A stretch of DNA of 64,000 nt from an uncultured Planctomycetia bacterium. Its GTDB lineage: Bacteria; Omnitrophota; Gorgyraeia; Duberdicusellales; 4484-171. A program made the position numbers and the translations under genes. The stretch covers positions 269,020-333,019 of the forward strand of contig CAZAYU010000002.1 of the NCBI GenBank assembly GCA_964489445.1, given 5' to 3'. Of the stretch, positions 9,040-18,288 are shown one piece after another (within the stretch, counting starts at the first letter, position 1; each line of letters begins with the position of its first letter). Under the pieces are notes generated by a model. That model searched no databases and was not told the origin of the DNA. It was given only the letters and a program-made list of their open reading frames with translations.

Positions 9040-11856
9040 ATGGATAAAATAATCTTTTTAGATATGGCAGATAATTTTATTGAGAAAATTGCAATAATAT
9101 TAAGAGATAGTTTTCTGGAGAATAATAATGATTTGAGCAAGATTGCTTGCGTATTTGGCGGTAGGCGCCCGGCATTATTTTTAAGACGGTCTTTATCTAA
9201 AATTATTCAAAATAGTTTTTTACCGCCGCGGATATTCTCAATGGATGATTTTATTAGTTATATTAGTGAAGATTTTCAACAGCATAAAACTAACGATCTA
9301 GACAACAGCTTTTTAATTTATAGTCTTGTTAAAAAATATGTTCCTAGCTTGTTGAATGGAAGAGAACAGTTTAGCGAGTTTTTATCCTGGAGCAAGGAAA
9401 TTATTTCATTCATCGAACAATTAGATATTGAAGGAATAAACAACCAATCTTTAGAGAGTATTCAAAAGAGTGCTATCATTGGATATGAAGTTCCAAATAG
9501 TATTAATACTCTTTTAAAAAATATAATTATTTTACGAAATGCTTACCATGATAATCTTGCAACTAAAGGAATTTATTCCCGGAGTGCACGGTATATGTAT
9601 GCTTTAAATTGCTTAAAAGAGAAAAGGGGGGAAATAAAATTCAAGAAAGTTATATTTTGTAATTTCTTTTATCTCAATAATTGCGAGAAGCAAATAATAA
9701 AAGAAATCTATTTAAGTGGAAAAGGAGTGTGTGTTTTTCAAGGGTTGGCAAAAGAATGGACAGTCTTGAGGGAAAATCTGCGGTTTTTTAATGTAACCTC
9801 AAAGTTAGATGAGTCGAATCATTCAAAACCATTAATTTCATTTTATCGGGGTTTTGATATGCATTCTCAGGCCGGGTTAGTACAAGAGGTTTTTAAAAGT
9901 ATTCAAGATAAGGATGATACTGTTATTGTCCTGCCGCGCTCAGAGGTTTTATTGCCATTAATTAGTGAAGTGTCTCCATTGATTAAGGAATTTAATATTT
10001 CTATGGGCTACCCCTTGAAAAGAAGTTCTGCTTATGCTTTGTTGGAGGCAGTAAAGAAAGCACAGGAGAGTAAGCAGAAAAATAAGTATTATACAAATGA
10101 TTATTTAGCGCTTTTGCGTCATCCGTTAGTAAGAAATTTTCACGTTGGAGATAATATTGTTATTGTTCAAGTGATTATCCAAAAAATAGAAGAATCTCTG
10201 ACTGGAGAGAAAGAAACATCAATAGGGGGGAGTATTTTTTTAGGGTTAGATGAGATTGAAAAAGAAAAAAATATTTGGTTATCTGCATCTAAAATTCTCA
10301 AACGAATGAAAATAGATGTGTCATATTCTCAATGCCTGGATATTTTGGTTAAAATTCATAATTTATTTTTTCGGAATTGGGAATGTTTTACGAATTTTCA
10401 AGAATTCTCCATTTCTTTAGATGATTTTGTTAGTGTCATATTTAATAAGAGCGTTACTCAGAGCTTGCCTTTTGAATTCAAGGTAGCTAATAGAATAGTA
10501 GCTATAAAAGAAGAATTTGAGAATGTTTCTTTTGGAAAAGAAAATTTTCCCCGAAAAGATATTTGGAGCATTTTTCAACAAAAGCTACAAGGCGAAAAGA
10601 TTTCTTTTAGTGGGTCGCCTTTGCGTGGTACCCAGATTTTAGGTTTTTTTGAGACTCGCTCTCTCACTTTTAAGAATGTCATTATTATGGATGTTAATGA
10701 ATCGATTCTTCCTCGGTTGAAGATTTACGAATCACTAATACCCCGTGAAGTAATGTTGAGTCTTGGGCTTAAACGTTTAGAAAAAGAAGAAGAGATCCAG
10801 AGATATCAGTTTATGCGCTTAGTAAGTTCTGCAGAAAATGTGCATCTCATTTACGAAGAGAATAAAGAGAAGGAGAGAAGTAGATTTGTTGAAGAGTTAA
10901 TTTGGGAGAAACAAAAGGAAACCGGGAAACTTCATCCAGTAGATATTCCTCGATCGGTTTTTTCTTTTCGGGTATCAAATCGCAAGGTAAGTATTAAAAA
11001 AACACCCAAAACACTTCAGTTGTTGAAAAAAGCAGTTTATTCAGCAAGTCGCGTGAATGTTTATCTCAAGTGTCCACTAAGATTTTATTACCAGTATGTA
11101 CTAGGACTTAAAGAGAAAGAAGATTTACTTGTTGACCCACTTCCTAAACATATTGGCACTTTTATTCATCAATTGCTAGAGGAGGCATTCAAAATATTTG
11201 TTGGAAGAAAACCGATTATCAACCGGGAATTTCGGCAGATGTTTTTAAAGATGCTTGATGAAAAATTTGAAAAAAATTTAAGCCCCAGAATGAGAGCAGA
11301 TGTTTTTTTGTTAAAACAAATTATTATTAATCGGCTAGAAAATTTTTTAAACCACGAGGCTAAACGTAAAGTAAAAAAAATAATCTGTTTAGAAAAGGAA
11401 ATGCATGGAGAGGTTAAATTGAGTAGCGGATTGGTTTTGTTTCGTTACACGATAGACCGGATTGATCAAGTAGAGGAAAATGAGTGGCTGGTTATTGACT
11501 ATAAGACAGGAAGTAACAATTCTGTTCCAAGGAATCTTAAAGCACTTTTGTCCATGGAGTATAATCGGCAATCTATAAAAGAAATTTTGCGGTCTTTTCA
11601 GCTACCGCTTTATTATTATTTTGTTGCTCAAGAATTTCCAAAAGTTTCCCTTAATGCTGTATTATATAATATTCGGACTTTAAAGAGTACTCCGTTTATT
11701 GCAAAGGAAGATATTAATCACAGAAAGAAAATTACAGGAATTTGTTTGGAAGCGCTTAATTGTATTTTTGCAGAAATTTTAAATCCGAATATTGACTTTT
11801 TCCCGGATAAAGAGGAACGTAACTGTGTTCATTGTCCTTTTCGTCAAGCTTGTTGA
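9040..11856 (+). CDS. addB: ATP-dependent helicase/nuclease subunit B (inactive helicase-like plus PD-(D/E)XK nuclease with Fe-S cysteines)
   Basis: The internal start MDKIIFLDM lies 2 nt after the addA stop; the six-frame ORF begins at 8992. The LVIDYKTG nuclease motif is present. The C-terminal Cys cluster (CLEALNC...CVHCPFRQAC) is typical of the AddB iron-sulfur domain. Confidence 0.75.
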   Translation: MDKIIFLDMADNFIEKIAIILRDSFLENNNDLSKIACVFGGRRPALFLRRSLSKIIQNSFLPPRIFSMDDFISYISEDFQQHKTNDLDNSFLIYSLVKKYVPSLLNGREQFSEFLSWSKEIISFIEQLDIEGINNQSLESIQKSAIIGYEVPNSINTLLKNIIILRNAYHDNLATKGIYSRSARYMYALNCLKEKRGEIKFKKVIFCNFFYLNNCEKQIIKEIYLSGKGVCVFQGLAKEWTVLRENLRFFNVTSKLDESNHSKPLISFYRGFDMHSQAGLVQEVFKSIQDKDDTVIVLPRSEVLLPLISEVSPLIKEFNISMGYPLKRSSAYALLEAVKKAQESKQKNKYYTNDYLALLRHPLVRNFHVGDNIVIVQVIIQKIEESLTGEKETSIGGSIFLGLDEIEKEKNIWLSASKILKRMKIDVSYSQCLDILVKIHNLFFRNWECFTNFQEFSISLDDFVSVIFNKSVTQSLPFEFKVANRIVAIKEEFENVSFGKENFPRKDIWSIFQQKLQGEKISFSGSPLRGTQILGFFETRSLTFKNVIIMDVNESILPRLKIYESLIPREVMLSLGLKRLEKEEEIQRYQFMRLVSSAENVHLIYEENKEKERSRFVEELIWEKQKETGKLHPVDIPRSVFSFRVSNRKVSIKKTPKTLQLLKKAVYSASRVNVYLKCPLRFYYQYVLGLKEKEDLLVDPLPKHIGTFIHQLLEEAFKIFVGRKPIINREFRQMFLKMLDEKFEKNLSPRMRADVFLLKQIIINRLENFLNHEAKRKVKKIICLEKEMHGEVKLSSGLVLFRYTIDRIDQVEENEWLVIDYKTGSNNSVPRNLKALLSMEYNRQSIKEILRSFQLPLYYYFVAQEFPKVSLNAVLYNIRTLKSTPFIAKEDINHRKKITGICLEALNCIFAEILNPNIDFFPDKEERNCVHCPFRQAC

Positions 11857-11874
11857 TAGTGCTAAAAATAAAAT

Positions 11875-12033
11875 CTATTGTTTTTTCTTCTTGACTCTTC
11901 TTTTTTGAGAAGGCTTTGTATAGTATTGTCGTTCACGAAATTTTTTTACAATTCCTTCACGCTTGCATTGAACTTTAAAGCCGCGTAAAGCTTTTTCAAA
12001 GTCTTCGTTAGTATTAATTCTTACTTCTGCCAT
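11875..12033 (-). CDS. rpsU: 30S ribosomal protein S21
   Basis: It is not in the ORF track because it is under 60 aa. The minus-strand translation MAEVRINTNEDFEKALRGFKVQCKREGIVKKFRERQYYTKPSQKRRVKKKKQ is a textbook S21. Confidence 0.85.
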   Translation of the reverse strand: MAEVRINTNEDFEKALRGFKVQCKREGIVKKFRERQYYTKPSQKRRVKKKKQ

Positions 12034-12212
12034 GCTGCCTCCTGGTATTTCCAATTATTAATTCTTTATTGTATTTTAAATTAAATGTATCTATGAAGCA
12101 ATTATTGATTTTTATGATAATTTACAAGTATATATTTATACCATATTTTAGTCTTTTTTCAAGATAAATTACTCTTTATTCCTAATTATAATTGTGGTAT
12201 GATTTTTAAGTC

Positions 12213-12452
12213 ATGAAAGGCAATTATAAGCTTAAAACTTGGGATATTTTTTGTATTGCATTCGGGGCAATGGTCTCTTCAGGTCTGTTTGTTTTATTCG
12301 GCACGAAAGATGAACGTAATTTTCATTTACGAAGCTTAATGGCTATAGCACAGATAGTCAGGGGATGTAATTTTTATGATAATTGGATGAGAATGAAAGA
12401 TCCGAAATCGTTGAAGATGTTGGTACTATCTTCTACAAGAAAGAGGAATTGA
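12213..12452 (+). CDS. Hypothetical small protein (possible membrane peptide), directly upstream of pyk
   Basis: 79-aa ORF with a hydrophobic stretch IFCIAFGAMVSSGLFVLFG. I recognise no homology. It could be spurious. Confidence 0.25.
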   Translation: MKGNYKLKTWDIFCIAFGAMVSSGLFVLFGTKDERNFHLRSLMAIAQIVRGCNFYDNWMRMKDPKSLKMLVLSSTRKRN

Positions 12453-12453
12453 T

Positions 12454-13485
12454 ATGGCAAAAACAAAAATCATTGCGACGCTAGGGCCTTCAAGCAGTTC
12501 AGAAACAATAATTCGGAAAATGATTAGCAGGGGGCTAGATATAGTGCGGCTTAATTTCTCTCACGGAACATCTGATAGTCATATTCAAAGAATAAAGATT
12601 GTCCGTAAATTAAATAAGAACATGAGGCGGGCGGTTAAAATTATGCAGGATCTAGAGGGTCATCGCATTAGAATCGGAGAGTTAAGGCGTCCAATAATTC
12701 TTAAGAAGAATAAAGAATTTTATTTCACTCAAGAGGCAGTTAAAGGTACTGGTGAGGAAATACATTTTGATTATAAAGGGTCGTTAAAAAGAATAAGCAA
12801 AGGTACTTTGATCTATATTGATGACGGGAAAATAGTATTATCGGTAAAGTTGGTCGGCAAAAAAAGGTTAAGAGTCAAGGTTGTAATCCCTGGAGTTTTG
12901 AATGGGAATAAGGGGGTTAATATACCTGGAATTCATTTAGACTTTGATTGCTTGAGTAACAAAGATAAAAGAGATCTTGAGTCTGTTTTGCCGTACAAGT
13001 TAGATTATGTAGCTCAGTCATTTGTGAGAAATACGCAGGATTTAGTAGCGCTTAAAAGCATTATAAAACATAAGCATCCTCAATGTCGGATTTTTTCTAA
13101 GATAGAAAATAGAGAAGCACTGGTGAACCTAGATTCAATTATTGAAGAATCTGACGGAATTATTGTGGCGAGAGGTGATCTGGGTGTTTGTTTGCCGATT
13201 TATAAAGTGCCTGTCATCCAAAAAGAAATCGTTAAAAGGTGTATTTTAAAGAAAAAAGAAGTAGTTGTTGCTACACAAATGCTGGAGAGTATGACGGTTA
13301 ATGACCTTCCCACTAGAGCAGAAGCAAGTGATGTGGCGAATGCTATTTTAGATGGAGCAACACATTTGTTGCTTTCAGGAGAGACTGCTGTAGGCAGACA
13401 TCCGGATAAAGTCATAGACATGATGAATAAACTGATTATTAATACTGAAAACTACAAGCAGGAATTAGAAGATTTATTGAAATGA
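12454..13485 (+). CDS. pyk: Pyruvate kinase (short form lacking the C-terminal regulatory domain)
   Basis: 343 aa with N-terminal KTKIIATLGPSS and NFSHG motifs. MQDLEGHRIRIG and ARGDLGV are typical of pyruvate kinase. Confidence 0.85.
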   Translation: MAKTKIIATLGPSSSSETIIRKMISRGLDIVRLNFSHGTSDSHIQRIKIVRKLNKNMRRAVKIMQDLEGHRIRIGELRRPIILKKNKEFYFTQEAVKGTGEEIHFDYKGSLKRISKGTLIYIDDGKIVLSVKLVGKKRLRVKVVIPGVLNGNKGVNIPGIHLDFDCLSNKDKRDLESVLPYKLDYVAQSFVRNTQDLVALKSIIKHKHPQCRIFSKIENREALVNLDSIIEESDGIIVARGDLGVCLPIYKVPVIQKEIVKRCILKKKEVVVATQMLESMTVNDLPTRAEASDVANAILDGATHLLLSGETAVGRHPDKVIDMMNKLIINTENYKQELEDLLK

Positions 13486-13625
13486 ATGTCGCAATGGGAT
13501 TATTAAAGTGATTTTGGGTTAAAGGGGTTATTCGTAGAATTAATTTCCAAGATAAAGTAGCTGATAATTATTATTAGATTTCAGTTCGATGTAGCTTAAT
13601 CTATAGTACTTAATTTAAAAATTGT

Positions 13626-14246
13626 ATGAATATTTTAATTACTGCAGGGGCAACTTGGGTGAAGATTGATGATGTGAGGGTAATTACGAATATTTTTAGT
13701 GGTCGGACAGGATTATTCTTGGCAAAATCGTTTGCAAGCGCTGGCCATTCAGTGACTCTATTAATTAATCCTCATTGTGTTAATCGAAGATTAAATGGTG
13801 TGGAAACTGTGTATTATCATTACTTTGAAGAGTTCAAATCACTCATCTATAAACTGCTGAACAATAATAAGTATAGTGCTATTATTCATAGCGCGGCAGT
13901 TAGTGATTATAGGTTGGAAAACTATGTTTCAGGTAAAATGTCTTCAGGGAAAGATAGACTTAAATTAGAGTTGATACCGACGGAAAAAATAATAAAAGAA
14001 ATGAGGACATTGGCTAAAAAGTCTTTGATTGTTCAGTTTAAATTAGAAGCTTCCTCTGATAACTTAATAAATTTAGCATATGAAAGCCTGCAAGAGAATA
14101 ATAGCGATTTGGTAGTTGCTAATTGTCTGAGAGACGTGCAGTCTAGGTATAAAGGATTCCTAATCAACAAGAACAAGGAAGTATTAGCGGTAAGTTCAAA
14201 AAGTTGCTTATTTTTAGCATTAGAAAGAAGAATTATGTTTGCCTAG
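13626..14246 (+). CDS. coaB: Phosphopantothenate-cysteine ligase (stand-alone CoaB domain)
   Basis: 206 aa with N-terminal ILITAGATWVKIDDVRVITNIFSGRTG, which matches the CoaB (DFP) signature (ITAGGT.E.ID.VR.I.N.SSG). Confidence 0.75.
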   Translation: MNILITAGATWVKIDDVRVITNIFSGRTGLFLAKSFASAGHSVTLLINPHCVNRRLNGVETVYYHYFEEFKSLIYKLLNNNKYSAIIHSAAVSDYRLENYVSGKMSSGKDRLKLELIPTEKIIKEMRTLAKKSLIVQFKLEASSDNLINLAYESLQENNSDLVVANCLRDVQSRYKGFLINKNKEVLAVSSKSCLFLALERRIMFA

Positions 14247-14318
14247 AAGTTGATTATTGTAAATTCCTTATTTTAATGTTTACATTTAGTGTTTATTAAA
14301 ATAGAATAAAGTCTATTT

Positions 14319-14981
14319 ATGAGACCAAATAAGAAAGATAAGAATATTGTATTGGGAGTGTGTGGGGGGATATCAGCTTATAAAAGTTGCGAGCTGGTTC
14401 GCTTGCTTGTTAAAAATGGTTATTCTGTTAGGGTGGTAATGACGGAAGCTGCAGAAAAGTTTGTTTCACCTTTAGTATTTCAAACTCTTTCTAAGAATCC
14501 AGTATCTACAGGGATGTTTAACTTATCTTGTGTGATTAATCCTTGGCCTAGTCTAGAGGCGCATGATTTTACAGGTAAGGATATTCCTCGAGTATTGGAA
14601 TCTAAAAAGTCAAAAATTTTAAAAAGAAAATTCTTGCTTAAAGAAGAAGTTAAGCATGTAAGCCTTGCACAATGGGCAAGCACTTGTGTGATTGCCCCGC
14701 TTTCAGCAAATACTTTATCAAAGATTGCCTTAGGTCTTTGCGATAATTTACTCACTACAGTAGTGGCTGCCTTAAGTAGCGATGTTAATGTTGTGTGTGT
14801 GCCGGCGATGAATGAGAATATGTGGAAAAATCCATTGCTGCAAAAGAATGTTAAAAAAATAAAAAGTATAAAAAAGTATCTAATAGTATCTCCGAGAACA
14901 GGTGAATTAGCTTGTGGTGATTATGGGGAAGGAAGAATGGCGGAGCCAAAAGAAATATTAAAGGTGATACTTGAAGGTTGA
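14319..14981 (+). CDS. coaC: Phosphopantothenoylcysteine decarboxylase (stand-alone flavoprotein CoaC domain)
   Basis: 220 aa with NIVLGVCGGISAYKSCELVRLL and APLSANTLSKIALGLCDNLL, typical of the HFCD flavoprotein family. Confidence 0.75.
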   Translation: MRPNKKDKNIVLGVCGGISAYKSCELVRLLVKNGYSVRVVMTEAAEKFVSPLVFQTLSKNPVSTGMFNLSCVINPWPSLEAHDFTGKDIPRVLESKKSKILKRKFLLKEEVKHVSLAQWASTCVIAPLSANTLSKIALGLCDNLLTTVVAALSSDVNVVCVPAMNENMWKNPLLQKNVKKIKSIKKYLIVSPRTGELACGDYGEGRMAEPKEILKVILEG

Positions 14982-15240
14982 GCCTATGGTTTTGGTTCAT
15001 CCCTGGCAATCAATGGAAAAAACCAAGATTAGAGTTATCCCCAGAGCAAAAAAAGAAAGAATAGAAATAGTCCAGGATGGATTAAAAGTTTATCTTGCTG
15101 CACCGGCCATTTCTGGTAGAGCTAATAAAAGGTTAGTTGAGGTTTTAGCCAAATATTACAACACCAAGAAGTATAATATTTCAATATGTAGCGGCGAAAA
15201 ATCTCGCAATAAAACAATTAGAATAACAAGTAGTAAATAA
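14971..15240 (+). CDS. DUF167 / YggU-family small protein
   Basis: 89 aa with IRVIPRAKKERIEI...LKVYLAAPAISGRANKRLVEVLAKY, which resembles YggU. Overlaps the coaC end by 11 nt. Confidence 0.5.
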   Translation: MKVEPMVLVHPWQSMEKTKIRVIPRAKKERIEIVQDGLKVYLAAPAISGRANKRLVEVLAKYYNTKKYNISICSGEKSRNKTIRITSSK

Positions 15241-15246
15241 TTTATT

Positions 15247-16365
15247 GTGCTTATGAATTGCAAGCAAACACCGTTTTATAGGAAGCATACGGAAAATGAA
15301 GGGAAAATAATTAATTTTAACGGATGGGCTCTTCCTGTAGAATACAAAAGCATGTTACGGGAATCAAAGAGTGTGAGAAACTATTGCGGTTTGTTTGACG
15401 TATCTCATATGGGAGAAATAATTTTAAAGGGGCCGGCGCGTTTTAACTTTTTTCAGAATCTAACTACTAATGATTTTGCATTAATTAAGCCCGGAGAAAT
15501 GCAGTATAATTTGGTCCTTAACAACCAAGGCGGTGTTATTGATGACCTAATGGCATATAATTTAAAAGAGAGTATTTTTTGTGTAGTGAATGCCTCAAAT
15601 AAAGACAAGATGTTAAATTGGTTTATAGATCATTTGGCTGATGGTGTAGAGATTATCGATAAAAGCGATGAAGTAGCGTTAGTTGCTCTTCAAGGTCCTA
15701 ATTCTTCTAAAGTCATGGAAAAGGTTTTTGGCAAAATAATCAATGATTTGGGATACATGCAGTCAGTCGAGATGTGTATAGGTAAGGAAGATATTTTAAT
15801 TTCTCGCAGTGGCTACACTGGAGAAGATGGATTTGAGATATACATGTCGTGGAACAACGCTGAATTTTGGTGGGATAAAATAGTAGAAGCTGGATTATCT
15901 TTTAATCTTTCCGTGTGTGGTTTAGGTTCTCGGGATATTTTACGTATTGAAGCTGGATACCCTTTGCATGGTTGTGAAATATCTAAAGGCATAAATCCGT
16001 ACGAGGCTAGTTTAGGCTGGGCAGTAAAGTTAGGTAAAAGTTTTATTGGTAAAGACGCATTGTTAAGGATAAAAGATACTGGTATCTTGCGTAAAAGAGT
16101 CGGCTTCTGCATGCAAGAAAAGTCTGTTCCCCGTCATGGATATTTGGTTTACGACAATGGTAGGACTATTGGTCAGGTATCTAGCGGAACATATTCTCCC
16201 AATGCTGAGAAGTTTATCGGCATGGCAAGCGTAGAGAGTGATAGTTTTTATATAAACAAGGATATAGATATTGAAGTCAGGGGTAAGTTGCAGAAGGCAA
16301 AGATAGTCAATTTTCCATTTGTGGCGATTAGGACCAGGCGAGAAAAAACAGTTCAAAATAAATAG
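15247..16365 (+). CDS. gcvT: Glycine cleavage system aminomethyltransferase T
   Basis: 372 aa with ...FNGWALPVEYKSMLRESKSVRNYCGLFDVSHMGEI and SRSGYTGEDGFEI, the canonical GcvT motifs. Confidence 0.9.
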   Translation: MLMNCKQTPFYRKHTENEGKIINFNGWALPVEYKSMLRESKSVRNYCGLFDVSHMGEIILKGPARFNFFQNLTTNDFALIKPGEMQYNLVLNNQGGVIDDLMAYNLKESIFCVVNASNKDKMLNWFIDHLADGVEIIDKSDEVALVALQGPNSSKVMEKVFGKIINDLGYMQSVEMCIGKEDILISRSGYTGEDGFEIYMSWNNAEFWWDKIVEAGLSFNLSVCGLGSRDILRIEAGYPLHGCEISKGINPYEASLGWAVKLGKSFIGKDALLRIKDTGILRKRVGFCMQEKSVPRHGYLVYDNGRTIGQVSSGTYSPNAEKFIGMASVESDSFYINKDIDIEVRGKLQKAKIVNFPFVAIRTRREKTVQNK

Positions 16366-16419
16366 AGTAAAAAAATTATTTATTTCTGGATCCATAACCA
16401 AGCTAAAGGAGGATAAGAC

Positions 16420-16800
16420 ATGATTGAATTGAGATTTACAAAATCACATGAATGGATAAAAGTCGAATCCCAAGTAGCTACTGTTGGTATAACCAACTAT
16501 GCGCAAAAACAATTAGGAGATATTGTATTTGTTGAGATGCCTGATGTTGGAACAAAAATTAAACAATTAGCACAGTTTGGAACTGTGGAATCTACTAAAG
16601 CAGCAAGTGAATTATATTCGCCGTTAAGCGGGGAAATTTTGGAAGTTAATAATAAGTTAGTAGATAATCCCCAGTGGATAAATGAATCTCCGCTTGATGA
16701 TGGATGGATACTAAAAATAAAATTAGAAAATTCAGCCGAGTTGGAGAATCTTATGGATGAGGCCGCTTACAAAGAATTTGTGGCCCAAGAAGAAGCTTAG
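16420..16800 (+). CDS. gcvH: Glycine cleavage system H protein
   Basis: 126 aa with HEWIKVESQVATVGITNYAQKQLGDIVFVEMP...VESTKAASELYSPLSG. The lipoyl-lysine motif ESTKA is present. Confidence 0.9.
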   Translation: MIELRFTKSHEWIKVESQVATVGITNYAQKQLGDIVFVEMPDVGTKIKQLAQFGTVESTKAASELYSPLSGEILEVNNKLVDNPQWINESPLDDGWILKIKLENSAELENLMDEAAYKEFVAQEEA

Positions 16801-16941
16801 AGTTAATTAGTGGGAAAAGTTGTTAGCTGTAAATGTTAGCTTAACGAATAAATAGGCAAGAAGAATCAACATAGTCGTCAAAATATAAACAATAATATTT
16901 TGTTGTCGTCTAAACCAAAGTAAATGGAAAAATTATAAATT

Positions 16942-18288
16942 ATGCCTTATATTTTAAATACTCCCGAAGACGTGGCCCTGATGCTAAAGGAGATAGGGGC
17001 TGAAGATATCGAGGATCTCTATAAGCAAGTTTTATCGTCGTTACGGATTGAAGGTCAGTTAAAACTTGCTGATGGTTTTAGCGAATTTAGAGTAAAATGT
17101 CTGCTAGAGGGTCTTTCGAAAAAAAATCATACGATAGACGAGTTTAATGCTTTTTTGGGGGTAGGCATGTATGATCATTATGTACCGGCAGCACTGTCCC
17201 ATATTCTTACTAACTCGCAATTTTTAACAGCGTATACTCCGTATCAAGCTGAATGTTCTCAAGGGATTCTGCAGGCGATTTATGAGTATCAAAGCTATAT
17301 CTGCCTTTTGACTGGAATGGAAGTTTCCAACGCTTCTCTTTTAGATGGTGCTTCTGCTTTTGCCGAGGCAGCATTAATGGCTTTAAGAATAACCAAACGG
17401 AAGAAGATTATTTTGGCCGGGATGATCCACCCCGAGTATATACAAACGCTAGAAACGTATTTATCTGGATTAGATTTCTCTATTCAAAGTATTCCACCCA
17501 ATAAACATGGAGTGCTAAATTGGCAATCGCTAAGGTTGCATGTGGATTCTGATGTTGCTTGTTGCTGTGTCCAGAGTCCTAATTTTTTTGGTTTAATTGA
17601 AGATATAGCCGATTTATCAGAAATAGTAAGAAAAACAGGAGCACTAACTGTTATGTTGACCAACCCTTTGTCTTTAGCAGTTTTGAAAGAGCCAGAATTA
17701 ATGGGGGTCGATATTGTTTGTGGAGACGGTCAAGCGTTAGGAGGTAGTTTAAACATGGGAGGCCCGTCTTTTGGTTTTTTAGCCTCAAAAAAAAACTATG
17801 TCAGACAACTTCCAGGCAGAATTGTCGGAAAAACTGTAGATAATCAAAAGAATACTGCTTATTGCTTAACTTTGCAAGCTCGAGAGCAGCATATCAGAAG
17901 GGAAAAGGCAACTAGCAATATTTGTTCCAATCACTCTTTTAATGCAATCATTGCTTCTGTGTATTTATCGTTGATGGGGGCTGAAGGATTAAGGAGAGTC
18001 GCTGTCAGTTCTTTTAGCAATTCCCAGTATCTTTATCGACGCCTTAAAGAGATAAGAGGGGTAATCTTTCCTTTTTCTTCCTGTTTTTTTAATGAGTTTT
18101 ATTGGGAGGTTAATAATTCTCAGGTTGTGTTTGATAAATTACGAGAAAAAAAAATTATTCCCGGATATCTATTAAAAGATAAACTACCAGAGCATCAAAA
18201 TGGAATCTTAAGTTGCTGTACCGAAAAAAAGAGTAAGAACGAAATTGATAGTTTTGTTAATTGCTTAGCTGAGGTATTACATGGGTAA
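16942..18288 (+). CDS. gcvPA: Glycine dehydrogenase (decarboxylating) subunit 1
   Basis: 448 aa with FLGVGMYDHYVPA and TAYTPYQAECSQG motifs. Confidence 0.9.
   Translation: MPYILNTPEDVALMLKEIGAEDIEDLYKQVLSSLRIEGQLKLADGFSEFRVKCLLEGLSKKNHTIDEFNAFLGVGMYDHYVPAALSHILTNSQFLTAYTPYQAECSQGILQAIYEYQSYICLLTGMEVSNASLLDGASAFAEAALMALRITKRKKIILAGMIHPEYIQTLETYLSGLDFSIQSIPPNKHGVLNWQSLRLHVDSDVACCCVQSPNFFGLIEDIADLSEIVRKTGALTVMLTNPLSLAVLKEPELMGVDIVCGDGQALGGSLNMGGPSFGFLASKKNYVRQLPGRIVGKTVDNQKNTAYCLTLQAREQHIRREKATSNICSNHSFNAIIASVYLSLMGAEGLRRVAVSSFSNSQYLYRRLKEIRGVIFPFSSCFFNEFYWEVNNSQVVFDKLREKKIIPGYLLKDKLPEHQNGILSCCTEKKSKNEIDSFVNCLAEVLHG

Noticed and set aside
14247-15246. Glycine riboswitch upstream of gcvT
   Set aside because: gcvT is preceded at 6 nt by the DUF167 gene, which overlaps coaC. 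The only intergenic segment, 14247-14318, is 72 nt of AT-rich DNA without the tandem GGAGAG...CACCG aptamer cores.
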